64,000 bases of DNA from an uncultured Chloroflexia bacterium (GTDB lineage: Bacteria > Chloroflexota > Anaerolineae > CG2-30-64-16): the NCBI GenBank assembly GCA_963774265.1, contig CAVZDU010000005.1, positions 128,001-192,000 on the forward strand. The letters run 5' to 3'. Both the position numbers and the translations under genes were made by a program. The stretch's first letter is position 1, and every line of letters starts with the position of its first letter. Positions 45,617 to 59,725 of this stretch are shown here, in pieces. The notes beneath the pieces were generated by a model, which was not told the origin of the DNA, searched no databases, and was given only the letters and a program-made list of their open reading frames with translations.

Positions 45617-46219
45617 ATGGCGCAAACCCTGGCGCGGCCGGTATCCAATCTGATCGAGCTGTTGGCGCGGCTGCCGGGCGTAGGTCCGAAGACCGCTTCG
45701 CGGCTGACATTCTACCTGTTGCGCGAGCCCGGCGGGTTGGCCGACGCGCTTGCGGAAGCCCTGGCCGCGCTCAGCAGCGGCACCGTGCAGTGCGAGCGCT
45801 GCTTCAATATCGCGGAGCAGAGCCCGTGTCCGCTGTGCGCGGACCCGGGACGCGACCAAAGTTTGATCTGCGTGGTTGAAGAGCCTATGGATGTGTTGGC
45901 CGTCGAGCGCACCGGCGCGTATCGGGGCGCGTATCACGTGTTGCACGGTGCGTTGTCGCCCATCGATGGGGTTTATCCCGAGAAGCTGCGGATTGCGGAG
46001 CTGGTGGATCGGGTGCGCGACACGCACCCACATGAGGTGATTCTGGCGACCAATCCGAGCCTGGAGGGTGAGAACACTGCGGCCTACATCTACCAGCAAC
46101 TGGCCGGCGCCGGGGTGCCGGTGACGCGGTTGGCTCGCGGTTTGCCCATGGGCGGGGACCTGGAATACGCCGATGAGGTGACCCTTTCCCGTGCGCTGGA
46201 AGGTCGCAGGTCGATGTGA
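45617..46219 (+). CDS. recR: Recombination mediator RecR
   Basis: LPGVGPKTA.R, C4 zinc finger, YHVLHG.LSP, ATNPSLEGE, GGDLEYAD. Confidence 0.97.
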   Translation: MAQTLARPVSNLIELLARLPGVGPKTASRLTFYLLREPGGLADALAEALAALSSGTVQCERCFNIAEQSPCPLCADPGRDQSLICVVEEPMDVLAVERTGAYRGAYHVLHGALSPIDGVYPEKLRIAELVDRVRDTHPHEVILATNPSLEGENTAAYIYQQLAGAGVPVTRLARGLPMGGDLEYADEVTLSRALEGRRSM

Positions 46220-46252
46220 GTCGGCTTGCAGCGAAAGCATCAAGGCTTGAAT

Positions 46253-46535
46253 TTGACAGCCTGCACGGCTCGTGGTAAATTCGACCCTCGTTGCGCCCGA
46301 AACGGCCATGCCTGACGGGGCGCACCACCCTTGAAAAAGCGGACGCACAAGGCTCAAAACAACGATCGTGACCCGATTTGACAGGGTTGAAAGCCTGTAG
46401 TAAGATCACCGATCGTTGCGCCGAAAACGGAGTGACCTCCGTTGAGGGCAGCGACCCCTTCCCAGTTGAAGACGCCGATTGAGTCAAAGTGAACGACTCA
46501 CTGGATTTGACAGCCCGATCAGGGTGTGATAATCT
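46253..46535 (+). promoter_or_regulatory. Three tandem sigma70 rrn promoters
   Basis: TTGACA-17-TAAATT (46253-46281), TTGACA-17-TAAGAT (46378-46406), TTGACA-17-TAATCT (46507-46535). Confidence 0.75.
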
Positions 46536-46731
46536 AGCGGATCGTTGACCCAGACGGCAACAGAATGACAGGAGTAGAAAGCGCCGACGCAAGTCGGCGA
46601 TTTTATCGCCCTGAAATACTGTAGGGGTTAGCGCAGTTCTCTCAAACGAGGGTACTTTAACAACTGAAGAGTGACAGGAAGAATCGAAGTCAGCTTTTGA
46701 GTGGAGCCTGACAGGCAAACGTAAGTAAGAT

Positions 46732-48230
<1,499 letters not shown>

Positions 48231-48373
48231 GGGATGTCGGATCTACCGAAGCTGTTGAAGCTGGCGGGTGATCGATCCCAGGATGCTCGGACTCTTCGGA
48301 GCCGGGCGAGCCATTTGAGGGTTGGCGGCGAGCTTTCTGTCACTTTTCAGGGGTTAAGGTATCTGGCGGGGAT

Positions 48374-48447
<74 letters not shown>

Positions 48448-48793
48448 CACAGGTACGCATTTGACACAACAGCAGAAGCAATTGGGCACCCCATAAGACA
48501 CGGGTCGAAGGTACACGCAAGGACGGTTTAGGCTGCCTGGCGTTGCGCCGGGCAGTTTTGTGTTATGGGGGTCCGGATAACTGGCGGGTGAGCCTGAGCG
48601 GGAGTTCGGGGGCAGCCGCCAGCGATCCGGGGATCAAGCGATCTGAGGATCGAGTGATCCGGGAGATCGATGGGGAACCGGTGCGAGGCACCGGGGCACC
48701 TTAACAACTGAGCGGAATAGAAGTAAGACGTAAAACACGGCGTACGCGTTGCATTGCAGGGTGTACGTAAGAATCAAGTGTTGCCGTCTCACG

Positions 48794-51768
<2,975 letters not shown>

Positions 51769-51860
51769 CGTGAGAAGGCAGGACTTGATAACTTCTATTC
51801 CGCTCAGTTGGGCAGGTGCACCGGGGGTGCACGGGTCCTTGACAAGTGTAGAGTGAAGCT

Positions 51861-51978
<118 letters not shown>

Positions 51979-52036
51979 AGAGCTTCTTCTTTATTAATCA
52001 GCCTTTCTTCTTTATTTATCCCACCCTCCTTTATCG

Positions 52037-52076
52037 GCAACGGCCTCCCCAAAACTGGGGGGGCCGTTGCTTTTTG
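52037..52076 (+). terminator. rrn operon intrinsic terminator
   Basis: GCAACGGCCTCCCC-loop-GGGGGGGCCGTTGC followed by TTTTT. Confidence 0.8.
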
Positions 52077-52131
52077 GGCTGCTGTCTATTTGTAATATAA
52101 TTATTGATGGACTTGTATCAATGAGGTGAAC

Positions 52132-53130
52132 ATGCGGCTTGCGGCGGTCGTCCTGGCAGCGGGCCAGGGCACGCGTATGAAATCGGCCACGCCGAAGGTG
52201 TTGCATCCCCTGGCCGGCCGGCCTCTCGTCGAATACGCAGTGGCGAGCGCCCTCGAAGTGACCGGCGCATCGCCGCTTCTTGTGATTGGACATGGCGCAG
52301 ACCAGGTTCGGCAAACGCTGGGCGCACGGGCACACTACGCCTTGCAGGCCGAGCAGCTTGGCACGGGCCACGCAGTGCTCCAGGCTCGCCAGCAATTGGT
52401 GGGCCGCTCCGATGCGGTGCTTGTCTGGTATGCAGACATGCCGCTCATCACTGCCGACACACTGCGCAGACTGGTCGAGCAGCACTCGTCCAGTGGGGCG
52501 ACGTTTACCATACTGACGGTGATCGCGGAGGACCCGCACGGCTTCGGTCGCGTCATCCGCAATGCCGAGGGGCGAGTGAGCGCAGTCATCGAAGAGGTTG
52601 ACTGCACGCCTGAACAGTCGGCGATCCGTGAGTTGAACGCGGGCGTCTATTGCTTCGACGCAGCGTGGTTGTGGGATAATCTGGAGCGGCTGCCCATAAG
52701 CCGCAAGGGTGAGTACTACCTGACGGATGCGGTCGCGATGGCTGTGGCGCAGGGATGTCGCGTCGATGCGGTGATTTGCGAAGATCAGGATGAGTTGCTT
52801 GGCATCAACACGCGCGTGCATCTTGCGGAAGCGGAAGCCGCGCTGCGCAGGCGCATCAATCGCCGTTGGATGGAGGCCGGGGTGACCCTGGTCGATCCGG
52901 CCGCGACGACGATCGAACCCGATGTGACCATCGGCCAGGACACGGTGATCCTGCCCAACAGTATGTTGCGCGGCGCAACCACCGTTGGAGCCGGGTGTCA
53001 GATTGGGCCCAATAGCCTGATTGAGAACAGTGTAATTGGCGATCGCTGCACGGTTGTTATGTCGTACCTGCGAGGTGCGATCTTGGCTGAGGGCCGACAG
53101 ATTGGTCCTTTCGCCTCTGTGCAGGGATGA
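52132..53130 (+). CDS. glmU: GlmU-like GlcNAc-1-P uridyltransferase, short form with only a few LbH repeats
   Basis: VLAAGQGTRMKS..PKVLH, EQLGTGHAV, ELNAGVY, EYYLTD, GINTR; ends at IGPFASVQG. Confidence 0.8.
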   Translation: MRLAAVVLAAGQGTRMKSATPKVLHPLAGRPLVEYAVASALEVTGASPLLVIGHGADQVRQTLGARAHYALQAEQLGTGHAVLQARQQLVGRSDAVLVWYADMPLITADTLRRLVEQHSSSGATFTILTVIAEDPHGFGRVIRNAEGRVSAVIEEVDCTPEQSAIRELNAGVYCFDAAWLWDNLERLPISRKGEYYLTDAVAMAVAQGCRVDAVICEDQDELLGINTRVHLAEAEAALRRRINRRWMEAGVTLVDPAATTIEPDVTIGQDTVILPNSMLRGATTVGAGCQIGPNSLIENSVIGDRCTVVMSYLRGAILAEGRQIGPFASVQG

Positions 53131-53148
53131 GACACAGGAGTTGTCCTT

Positions 53149-54519
53149 TTGGACGGTGACAGTAGTATCAGTAATTGGTTTGTAAGCGGACTGCCCTGGT
53201 TTTTGCCGGCGGTCCTGAGCATCGTGTTCCTTGGGTTGGTTGCGGCGGCTGAGATGGCCTTCGCCTGCCTTAACAGAAATCAACTGCGTCAGTTGGCGGC
53301 CGAGCAAAAACGACGGGGCGAGATCGCGGAGTTGCTGCTCAGCCATCCCGCGCATTTGTTGTCGACGCTCATGGTGACCAGAGTTCTGGCCTCCACGGCG
53401 CTGATCGTCAGCGCGATGTTTCTGGCGCGCCTCTATGGCAACTATCGTTGGCTCGGCTGGTGGCTTTTCGGCGGCGTAGCCGTGCTGCTCTTGGTGCAGA
53501 TCTTGAGCCGGGCCTGGGTGATCAACAAGGAAGAACGGACTGCGGTCGCGCTTGCGCCCCTGGTGCGTTTGCTGGCCTTGATCCTAAAGCCGGTGACATC
53601 TATCCTCTGGCGCATTGGCGGTGGTGCGGTTCCAAAGGGCGCCGCTCCTGAGAGCGTCTTTCTGAGCGAAGATGGGTTGCGTTTCCTCCTCCACGTCTCC
53701 GACGAAGAATCGGTCATCGAGCAAGAGGAAAAGGAGATGATCCAGTCCATCTTCGACTTCAGCGACAAATTGGTCCGTGAAGTGATGGTGCCGCGCATCG
53801 ACGTGACAGGCGTGACGGTGGAGACCCCGATGCTTCAGGCGTTGGAGGTCATCCTCAAGGCCGGACACTCCCGCATCCCCGTTTATCGCGACTCCATCGA
53901 TAATGTTCAGGGCATCCTTTACGCGAAAGACCTGCTCAAGTATCTGCGCGATGGCCGGACGGAAACACCGTTGGCCAGGATCGTGCGGCCCGCGTACTTC
54001 ATACCGGAATCAAAGAAGGTGGACGAGCTTCTGCAGGAGTTGCAGCAGCGCAAGGTCCACATGGCCGTGGTGGTGGACGAGTATGGCGGCACCGCTGGTC
54101 TGGTGACCATCGAGGACCTGCTCGAAGAGATCGTCGGTGAGATTCAGGACGAATACGACTCGGAAGAGCCCACTGTTGAAGCGATCAACAGTCACGAGTA
54201 TCTGTTTGATGCGCGCGTGTCTCTCGACGAGGTGAACAAGCTGTTGGACGTGGAGTTGCCGAGCGAGGGCGGCGACACCCTGGGCGGCTTCATCTACAGT
54301 CAGCTTGGCAAGGTGCCGGCGCTTGGCGACCGAATCGAGTTCGAGAATGTGACGATCGAAGTGCTATCAGTAGCCGGACGCCGCATCAAGCAGGTGCGGG
54401 CGACTGTGACGACCCCGGATGACGGCGCTCCCCCACCTCCGGCGGGCGAGCGCCAGGGCGTCAAGCCCATCGGCGAGAGCAGTGGCGCCGGTCTGCTGGC
54501 CTTTTTGAGTCTATTTTGA
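53149..54519 (+). CDS. Hemolysin/CNNM-family protein (DUF21, CBS pair, CorC domain)
   Basis: [55 protein letters not shown]. Confidence 0.93.
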   Translation: MDGDSSISNWFVSGLPWFLPAVLSIVFLGLVAAAEMAFACLNRNQLRQLAAEQKRRGEIAELLLSHPAHLLSTLMVTRVLASTALIVSAMFLARLYGNYRWLGWWLFGGVAVLLLVQILSRAWVINKEERTAVALAPLVRLLALILKPVTSILWRIGGGAVPKGAAPESVFLSEDGLRFLLHVSDEESVIEQEEKEMIQSIFDFSDKLVREVMVPRIDVTGVTVETPMLQALEVILKAGHSRIPVYRDSIDNVQGILYAKDLLKYLRDGRTETPLARIVRPAYFIPESKKVDELLQELQQRKVHMAVVVDEYGGTAGLVTIEDLLEEIVGEIQDEYDSEEPTVEAINSHEYLFDARVSLDEVNKLLDVELPSEGGDTLGGFIYSQLGKVPALGDRIEFENVTIEVLSVAGRRIKQVRATVTTPDDGAPPPPAGERQGVKPIGESSGAGLLAFLSLF

Positions 54520-54542
54520 TGCGTGAACTTTCTGGGAATGAG

Positions 54543-54962
54543 ATGACACTGACGCTATCGGAAATCGACCGCCTCCTGGCCCGGGCGGCTGAGGCTGCTA
54601 AGGCTGCCTACGTGCCCTATTCTCACTTTGCCGTCGGCGCCGCGTTGCGTGCGGAGGACGGGCGGGTGTTTACGGGGTGTAATGTCGAGAACGCTTCGTA
54701 TGGGCTGACGATCTGCGCAGAGCGGAATGCGGTGGCCCACGCAGTCGCGGAGGGCGCCCGGCGCTTCGATGTCATCGCGGTGGTGACAGGGAATGGCGTG
54801 ACGCCATGCGGCGCGTGCCGCCAGGTGCTCGCCGAGTTTGGGCCGGAGATGACCGTCATCGTCGGCGACGCAGCCGGCAATCGATGCATCTATACCATGA
54901 ATGAGCTTTTGCCTGACGCCTTCACCCCCGCGCATCTGGACGGTAGGGACGGCAACCACTAA
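54543..54962 (+). CDS. cdd: Cytidine deaminase
   Basis: PYSHFAVGAA, GCNVENASYGLTICAER, PCGACRQ. Confidence 0.95.
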   Translation: MTLTLSEIDRLLARAAEAAKAAYVPYSHFAVGAALRAEDGRVFTGCNVENASYGLTICAERNAVAHAVAEGARRFDVIAVVTGNGVTPCGACRQVLAEFGPEMTVIVGDAAGNRCIYTMNELLPDAFTPAHLDGRDGNH

Positions 54963-56385
54963 CCGAAGAACCTCGCAGGGCGGACTGCGCGGCGAAATAG
55001 CCGCACATCCCATGCACCCCGCCGCCGGGGGGCGTGGCTGACGAGCAGATGTAAACCCCCTCGACCGGCGTGGCGTAGGGATCGAGCCGGGCCACCGGCC
55101 GGGTGAATAACTGGCGTAGATCTTGAACGCCGCCGTTGATGTCGCCTCCCACATAGTTGGGGTTGTAGGCCTGCATCTCGGCGGCGTTGTGCGTGGCGCG
55201 GGCGAGGATTCGGTCCCGAAAGCCGGGCGCGAAACGTTCGATCTGGGCTTCGATGCGGCCGGTCATATCTTCGGTGGATCCATGGGGCACATGGCAGTAG
55301 GCCCAGGCCGTATGCTTGCCCGCGGGCGCGCGCGTGGGATCGAAGGGGGTTTGCTGGACGAAAATGACGTACGGCCGCTCGGGGTGCTCGCCGCGCCAGA
55401 TGGCCGATTCGGAGGCCGCAATCTCATCCAGCGTGCCTCCCAAATGCACGGTGCCCGCACGTCGACAGGCGCCTGCCTGCCAGGGCGCTGGGCCGTCCAG
55501 CGCATAATCCACCTTGAACACGCCCGGCCCATAGCGGTAACCGGACAACTTGCGCCGGTAGGGGGCGGGTAGCTTGTCCCCGGCGATGGCCACCAACTGC
55601 CGGGGCGTCACGTCAAACAGCACCGCCCGGCTCCGCGGCACATCTTCCATCCCCCCAACCCACTTCCCGGTCGCGATCTCCCCGCCCAGCGAGCGCAGGC
55701 GGCATGCCAGCGCGTCCGCGAGACGCTGGGAACCTCCCTCGACCATCGGCCAGCCCCGCGCATGGCCGAGCAGCCCTAACATCAGCCCGAACGCGGCGGT
55801 GGCCGGCCACTCCAACGGCATGATCGCGTGCGCAGCCATCCCGGCGAAGACCGCACGGGCGCGCTCTCCGCGAAATAGCAGGCGGGCCAGTGCAGACGCG
55901 GGCAGCAGACCCCAGGCGCCGAAGCGGGCCATGGTTAGGGGATGGCGCGGCAGGCGCAGCGGGCCGAGCAGCTCAGCGAGGATGTTGCGCCAGTCCGCGG
56001 CCAGCGGCGCCATCAGCCCGTAATAGCGGCCTGCATCGGGACCGAGCTGCTCGGCGGTGGCCGCGACCGGGCGCTCGATGGTGACGGCCGTGCCGTCATC
56101 CAGCGGGTGCGCAATGGCGGCGGGTGGAAAGACCCACCGCACCTCCGCGTCCGAGAGCTGCAGGCCGCGAAAGAAGGGCGAGGAAACCCCCAGCGGGTGG
56201 ATGGCGGAGCAACTGTCGTGGACGAAACCCGGCAAGGTCAGCCCGGCGGAGCGCATGCCGCCGCCGATTGTGTCCTTGCCCTCGATCAGCAGCACCCGCT
56301 GCCCGGCCCTGGCCAGCGTGATGCCGGCCGCCAGCCCGTTGGGGCCGGAGCCGACGATCACCGCGTCATAATCGGGAGTACGCAT
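54922..56385 (-). CDS. Phytoene-desaturase-like FAD-dependent oxidoreductase
   Basis: VIVGSGPNGLAA, GFVHDSCSAIHP, CSSATPPGGGVHGMCG; start 1 nt after the upstream stop. Confidence 0.88.
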   Translation of the reverse strand: MRTPDYDAVIVGSGPNGLAAGITLARAGQRVLLIEGKDTIGGGMRSAGLTLPGFVHDSCSAIHPLGVSSPFFRGLQLSDAEVRWVFPPAAIAHPLDDGTAVTIERPVAATAEQLGPDAGRYYGLMAPLAADWRNILAELLGPLRLPRHPLTMARFGAWGLLPASALARLLFRGERARAVFAGMAAHAIMPLEWPATAAFGLMLGLLGHARGWPMVEGGSQRLADALACRLRSLGGEIATGKWVGGMEDVPRSRAVLFDVTPRQLVAIAGDKLPAPYRRKLSGYRYGPGVFKVDYALDGPAPWQAGACRRAGTVHLGGTLDEIAASESAIWRGEHPERPYVIFVQQTPFDPTRAPAGKHTAWAYCHVPHGSTEDMTGRIEAQIERFAPGFRDRILARATHNAAEMQAYNPNYVGGDINGGVQDLRQLFTRPVARLDPYATPVEGVYICSSATPPGGGVHGMCGYFAAQSALRGSSVSGCRPYRPDARG

Positions 56386-56386
56386 G

Positions 56387-57181
56387 TCAGGCCGGCCAGT
56401 TTTCGCCCCGCATGAGACTGCCGGCCCACCGGACCGGCGTGGCAAGGGTGTAGAGGGTGGTGCGCACGGCCGCATTATGCCAGACATTTCGCCATTGCGC
56501 CCATTGCACCCTGGGGTCGACAAGTTGGTTTTGTTGAGACACTTCGCCGGTGACACCGAAGTGGGCCGCCAGGTTCTTCAGCGTCCCATGCCAGAACCGG
56601 TCCTCGTTGGGACCTACCACGCGCAGCCGGCTACCCAGCTCCCAAATCGGGTCGCTGGCTCGAATCAAGGCCTGCATCTGAACGACCGGTCCATCTTCGC
56701 CCGGCTCCGCGCTGAAGGTATTCATACCGGCGAACATGTGGCCCTGGGGTGTCATGAACGAAAACGATTCGTCGTCCGAATAGATCACCAGGATGCCGGT
56801 CGAGATGATCGGGCCCCCGCCCGGCGCGGTCATACCGCCCGGCCCGGCAAGATTCAGCACGGCCACCTGACCGGCCGCGATGGGACCGTCGGCGCCGTAA
56901 AAACGGTTCCCGGCGGGCCAGAATTTCGCGAAATTGGCCTTCCAGACTTCGATGACTTCTTGTGGCGTCGCTCGCGACCCAGCCAAGGGGATGCGATACG
57001 TCTTCTGCCACATCTGACCGAAGCCGAGCAGCGGCCCCGACAACTGCCGGCCCTCCACGTTCAGGTTGACGGCCGATCCCGGAATTGCCGGCGCCGTAAG
57101 CCTGGTGACCGGCTGCGCCCAGTTGCCTGCCGAGCGTTCGTTGGTCGTTGTGCTCGCTTGTTTCTCATTCTGCCCCATCAT
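56387..57181 (-). CDS. Hypothetical protein in the STAS operon
   Basis: 264 aa, natural composition (GFGQMWQKTY, FMTPQGHMFAG); tightly spaced between STAS and oxidoreductase genes. Confidence 0.7.
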   Translation of the reverse strand: MMGQNEKQASTTTNERSAGNWAQPVTRLTAPAIPGSAVNLNVEGRQLSGPLLGFGQMWQKTYRIPLAGSRATPQEVIEVWKANFAKFWPAGNRFYGADGPIAAGQVAVLNLAGPGGMTAPGGGPIISTGILVIYSDDESFSFMTPQGHMFAGMNTFSAEPGEDGPVVQMQALIRASDPIWELGSRLRVVGPNEDRFWHGTLKNLAAHFGVTGEVSQQNQLVDPRVQWAQWRNVWHNAAVRTTLYTLATPVRWAGSLMRGENWPA

Positions 57182-57221
57182 GTTTTCCCCCGTCCTGGCC
57201 TGCCTCGGCCATCCTGCATGG

Positions 57222-57572
57222 TCACGCAGCCGCGACGGCGGCAGCTTCATCGGCATAGATGCCGATCGCCTTATCCAACTGCGTTAACTCGAAGATCTGC
57301 TTGTAGTGATCGGTCAGCCCGTAGGCCAGCAGCTTCTGGCTCAGCCTCTTCGCCCGGATAAGCATCGTGACCAGGAGGCCGATCCCGGAACTGTTCATAT
57401 AGTCCAACCCGGTGAAGTTGAGCACGAGCGCCTTTGCGCCGCCATCGCAGGCCCGGCCGTACGCTTCCATCAGCGCAGCTTCGGCCTGGTTGGTGACTTC
57501 GCCCCGGATGTCCAGAATCGCTGTCCGCCCGTTTGGCTGGCGAACGTGAATGTCAATCTTACCTTGTGCCAT
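57222..57572 (-). CDS. STAS-domain anti-sigma-factor antagonist (RsbV/SpoIIAA-like)
   Basis: ILDIRGEV, LVLNFTGLDYMNSSGIGLL, QIFELTQLD. Confidence 0.92.
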   Translation of the reverse strand: MAQGKIDIHVRQPNGRTAILDIRGEVTNQAEAALMEAYGRACDGGAKALVLNFTGLDYMNSSGIGLLVTMLIRAKRLSQKLLAYGLTDHYKQIFELTQLDKAIGIYADEAAAVAAA

Positions 57573-57584
57573 CTCAATACCTCC

Positions 57585-57938
57585 TCAGGACTGCGGTACG
57601 GCCAGCGCGCTGGCCTCATCCGCATAGATGCTCATGAAATCGGCCAACCGGGTGATCTGAAAGATCTCCTGGTAATGCGGGCTCAACCCGTAGACCGACA
57701 GGCGGCGCCGCGCTTTACGCGCGCGGGCGAGGAGCCCGACGATCAGTGCGATGCCGGTGCTGTTGATGTAGTTCACGCCGGTGAAGTTCAGCACAATGCC
57801 CGGCGGGTTGGTCGATTCGGCCTCGGCGTACGCGCTGCTCAAGGCTTCATCAGCCCCTCCGTTGATGTCGCCCTTCAAATCGATGATGGCCGCGTCGCTC
57901 TCCTGTCGGATGCTGGCGCTAAAGTGCATGTCAGGCAT
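57585..57938 (-). CDS. STAS-domain anti-sigma-factor antagonist (RsbV/SpoIIAA-like)
   Basis: IIDLKGDI, VLNFTGVNYINSTGIALI, EIFQITRL. Confidence 0.92.
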   Translation of the reverse strand: MPDMHFSASIRQESDAAIIDLKGDINGGADEALSSAYAEAESTNPPGIVLNFTGVNYINSTGIALIVGLLARARKARRRLSVYGLSPHYQEIFQITRLADFMSIYADEASALAVPQS

Positions 57939-59556
57939 TGGACCCTCCCTCGGCCGCGGCCAGGTTGACGATCAGTTCCACTGTGTGGTGTTGCTCATCC
58001 GCGCGGACGTTCATTTCGTCCACCATGTTTTGGATCAGGAACAGGCCCCAGCCGCGCGGCGACTGCAGCCCCTCCAACTTCGCCTCTAGATCCGGCAACT
58101 CGGCCTCAGGGATCGCGGCGCCGCCTCCGTGGTCGGTGACGTCCACCCGCAGCGAACGATCGCCCCTGAACACCGTGATCTGGGCTGGCGTGTCGCGCCG
58201 GTACTTGTTGCCGTGCTCCATCGCGTTCATGGTAGCCTCAGACACGGCGGTCTTGAGCCGGTCTGCCTGAGTGACAGGGAGATCAAAGCCGGCGATCACG
58301 TCCGCGACCCGGTCCATCGCCAGCCGCTCATTGCCCGGCTCGCTTGGGATCTCGAACCTTGCGACCTCACGCCAGCCTTCGCCGTCCTTCTTTGCTTCAG
58401 GGAGGGGGAGCCGTTCGAGCACGACAAAGGTCACGTCGTCCTCCTGTTCCCAGCCGGGACCCGTGAAGTCCGCCAGTGCGCCGCGCAGATGGTCGATCAG
58501 CTCCTGCCCGCTGCCGAGGCTGCACGCCATTTCACGCAGCCGGGGGAAGCCGAACATCTCGCCCTGTGGGTTGTGCGCCTCCACCAGGCCATCGCTGTAG
58601 ACCAGGATGCTCTCGCCCGGTCCCAGCATCGCTTCGGTCTCGTCATAAGCCATGTCAGGCAGCAGGCCGAGCGGCATGCCGGTGGCCCGCAACTCGATCA
58701 CCGCTTCGCGCGTGCACTTGGCAGGTAAGTTGTGCCCGGCATTGGCGAAGATCAGTCGCCCCGTGAGGGGATCCAACACGCCGTAGAGGCAAGTCACAAA
58801 CATGTTCGAGGGGATATCGGGACAGAGCAGGTTGTTGACCCGCTCCAGCACCGCGGCCGGCGATGTGGGATATTGCTCGGCTGCCAGGCGCAGCATCGTG
58901 CGCGCGGTGGCCATCACCAGCGCGGCCGGCACACCCTTGTCGGTGACGTCTGCCTCCACGAAACCCAACTTGCCGCCGGGCAGCTCTATGAAATCGTAAA
59001 AATCGCCGCTGACCGCCAAGGCCGGCTGCCAGTGGGCTGCGATCTGCCAGCCGGGCAGTGCGGGCACGTCCTTCGGCAGCAACGTCTGCTGGATCACGCG
59101 CGCCACCCGGAGCTGCTGCTCCAGCCGCTCACGAGCCTGCGTCTCGACCTGCTGCTGCCGGACGAGTTGGGCCACCCGCACCGCGGGCGCAGCCTGGCTC
59201 GCGAGATCGGCCAACAGCTTGCGGTCATCCGCCGAGTACTCCTGTTCGCTCAGACGGGGACCGAGATTAACCAGCCCAACCAGCTCGCCCTGGCTTACCA
59301 GCGGCAGAACCACGACCGCGCCGTCCGCGCGCAGCCTGTCCAGTGCGGGCGAATCAAGCCGCAGCTTGCTCACCTCGACCGGTCCGGGCGCGCTCTGCAG
59401 ATAGGCGAGCAGCGGGTCGTTCGGCGCGATGTCCAGGTCGAGTCGCGTGACGGCCGTCGCGGGCGCCTTTGGTTGGGCCGGCCGCTCATCGGCAGGCGCA
59501 GCGGTCTGCTCTTTGTCTTGCGTTCGCCGCTGCCAGAGCGACTTGATATTGACCAT
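57931..59556 (-). CDS. Partial GAF plus SpoIIE/RsbU-type PP2C phosphatase plus RsbW-type HATPase kinase fusion
   Basis: LPLVSQGELVGLVNLG...DDRKLLADLASQAA (C-terminal GAF part); SGDFYD, ADVTDKG, YSDGLVE, EDDVT (PP2C); AVSEATMNAMEHG, TDHGGG, RGWGLFLI (kinase); GGAGGAGG SD. Confidence 0.9.
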   Translation of the reverse strand: MVNIKSLWQRRTQDKEQTAAPADERPAQPKAPATAVTRLDLDIAPNDPLLAYLQSAPGPVEVSKLRLDSPALDRLRADGAVVVLPLVSQGELVGLVNLGPRLSEQEYSADDRKLLADLASQAAPAVRVAQLVRQQQVETQARERLEQQLRVARVIQQTLLPKDVPALPGWQIAAHWQPALAVSGDFYDFIELPGGKLGFVEADVTDKGVPAALVMATARTMLRLAAEQYPTSPAAVLERVNNLLCPDIPSNMFVTCLYGVLDPLTGRLIFANAGHNLPAKCTREAVIELRATGMPLGLLPDMAYDETEAMLGPGESILVYSDGLVEAHNPQGEMFGFPRLREMACSLGSGQELIDHLRGALADFTGPGWEQEDDVTFVVLERLPLPEAKKDGEGWREVARFEIPSEPGNERLAMDRVADVIAGFDLPVTQADRLKTAVSEATMNAMEHGNKYRRDTPAQITVFRGDRSLRVDVTDHGGGAAIPEAELPDLEAKLEGLQSPRGWGLFLIQNMVDEMNVRADEQHHTVELIVNLAAAEGGSNA

Positions 59557-59586
59557 CGAACCTCCTCCCCAATCGGGGCATTACCC

Positions 59587-59616
59587 TGTAGAGACGTTGC
59601 ATGCAACGTCTCTACA
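59587..59616. repeat. GTAG-type REP, perfect 30-bp palindrome
   Basis: TGTAGAGACGTTGCATGCAACGTCTCTACA. Confidence 0.8.
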
Positions 59617-59725
59617 AACCTACATCCGTAGCATAGCGTCCCCGCGTCCGCCGGGCGTTACGGGAACCGTTACGGCCCCCAAAGACATTTGTTGTATGAA
59701 TGTATCGGATACCTGGCCACCAGGT

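Noticed and set aside
59557-59725. Sensor and PP2C gene being one gene broken by a sequencing error
   Set aside because: There is a clean stop, a 169-bp spacer with a REP and a strong SD, and a second sensor ends at the same position.
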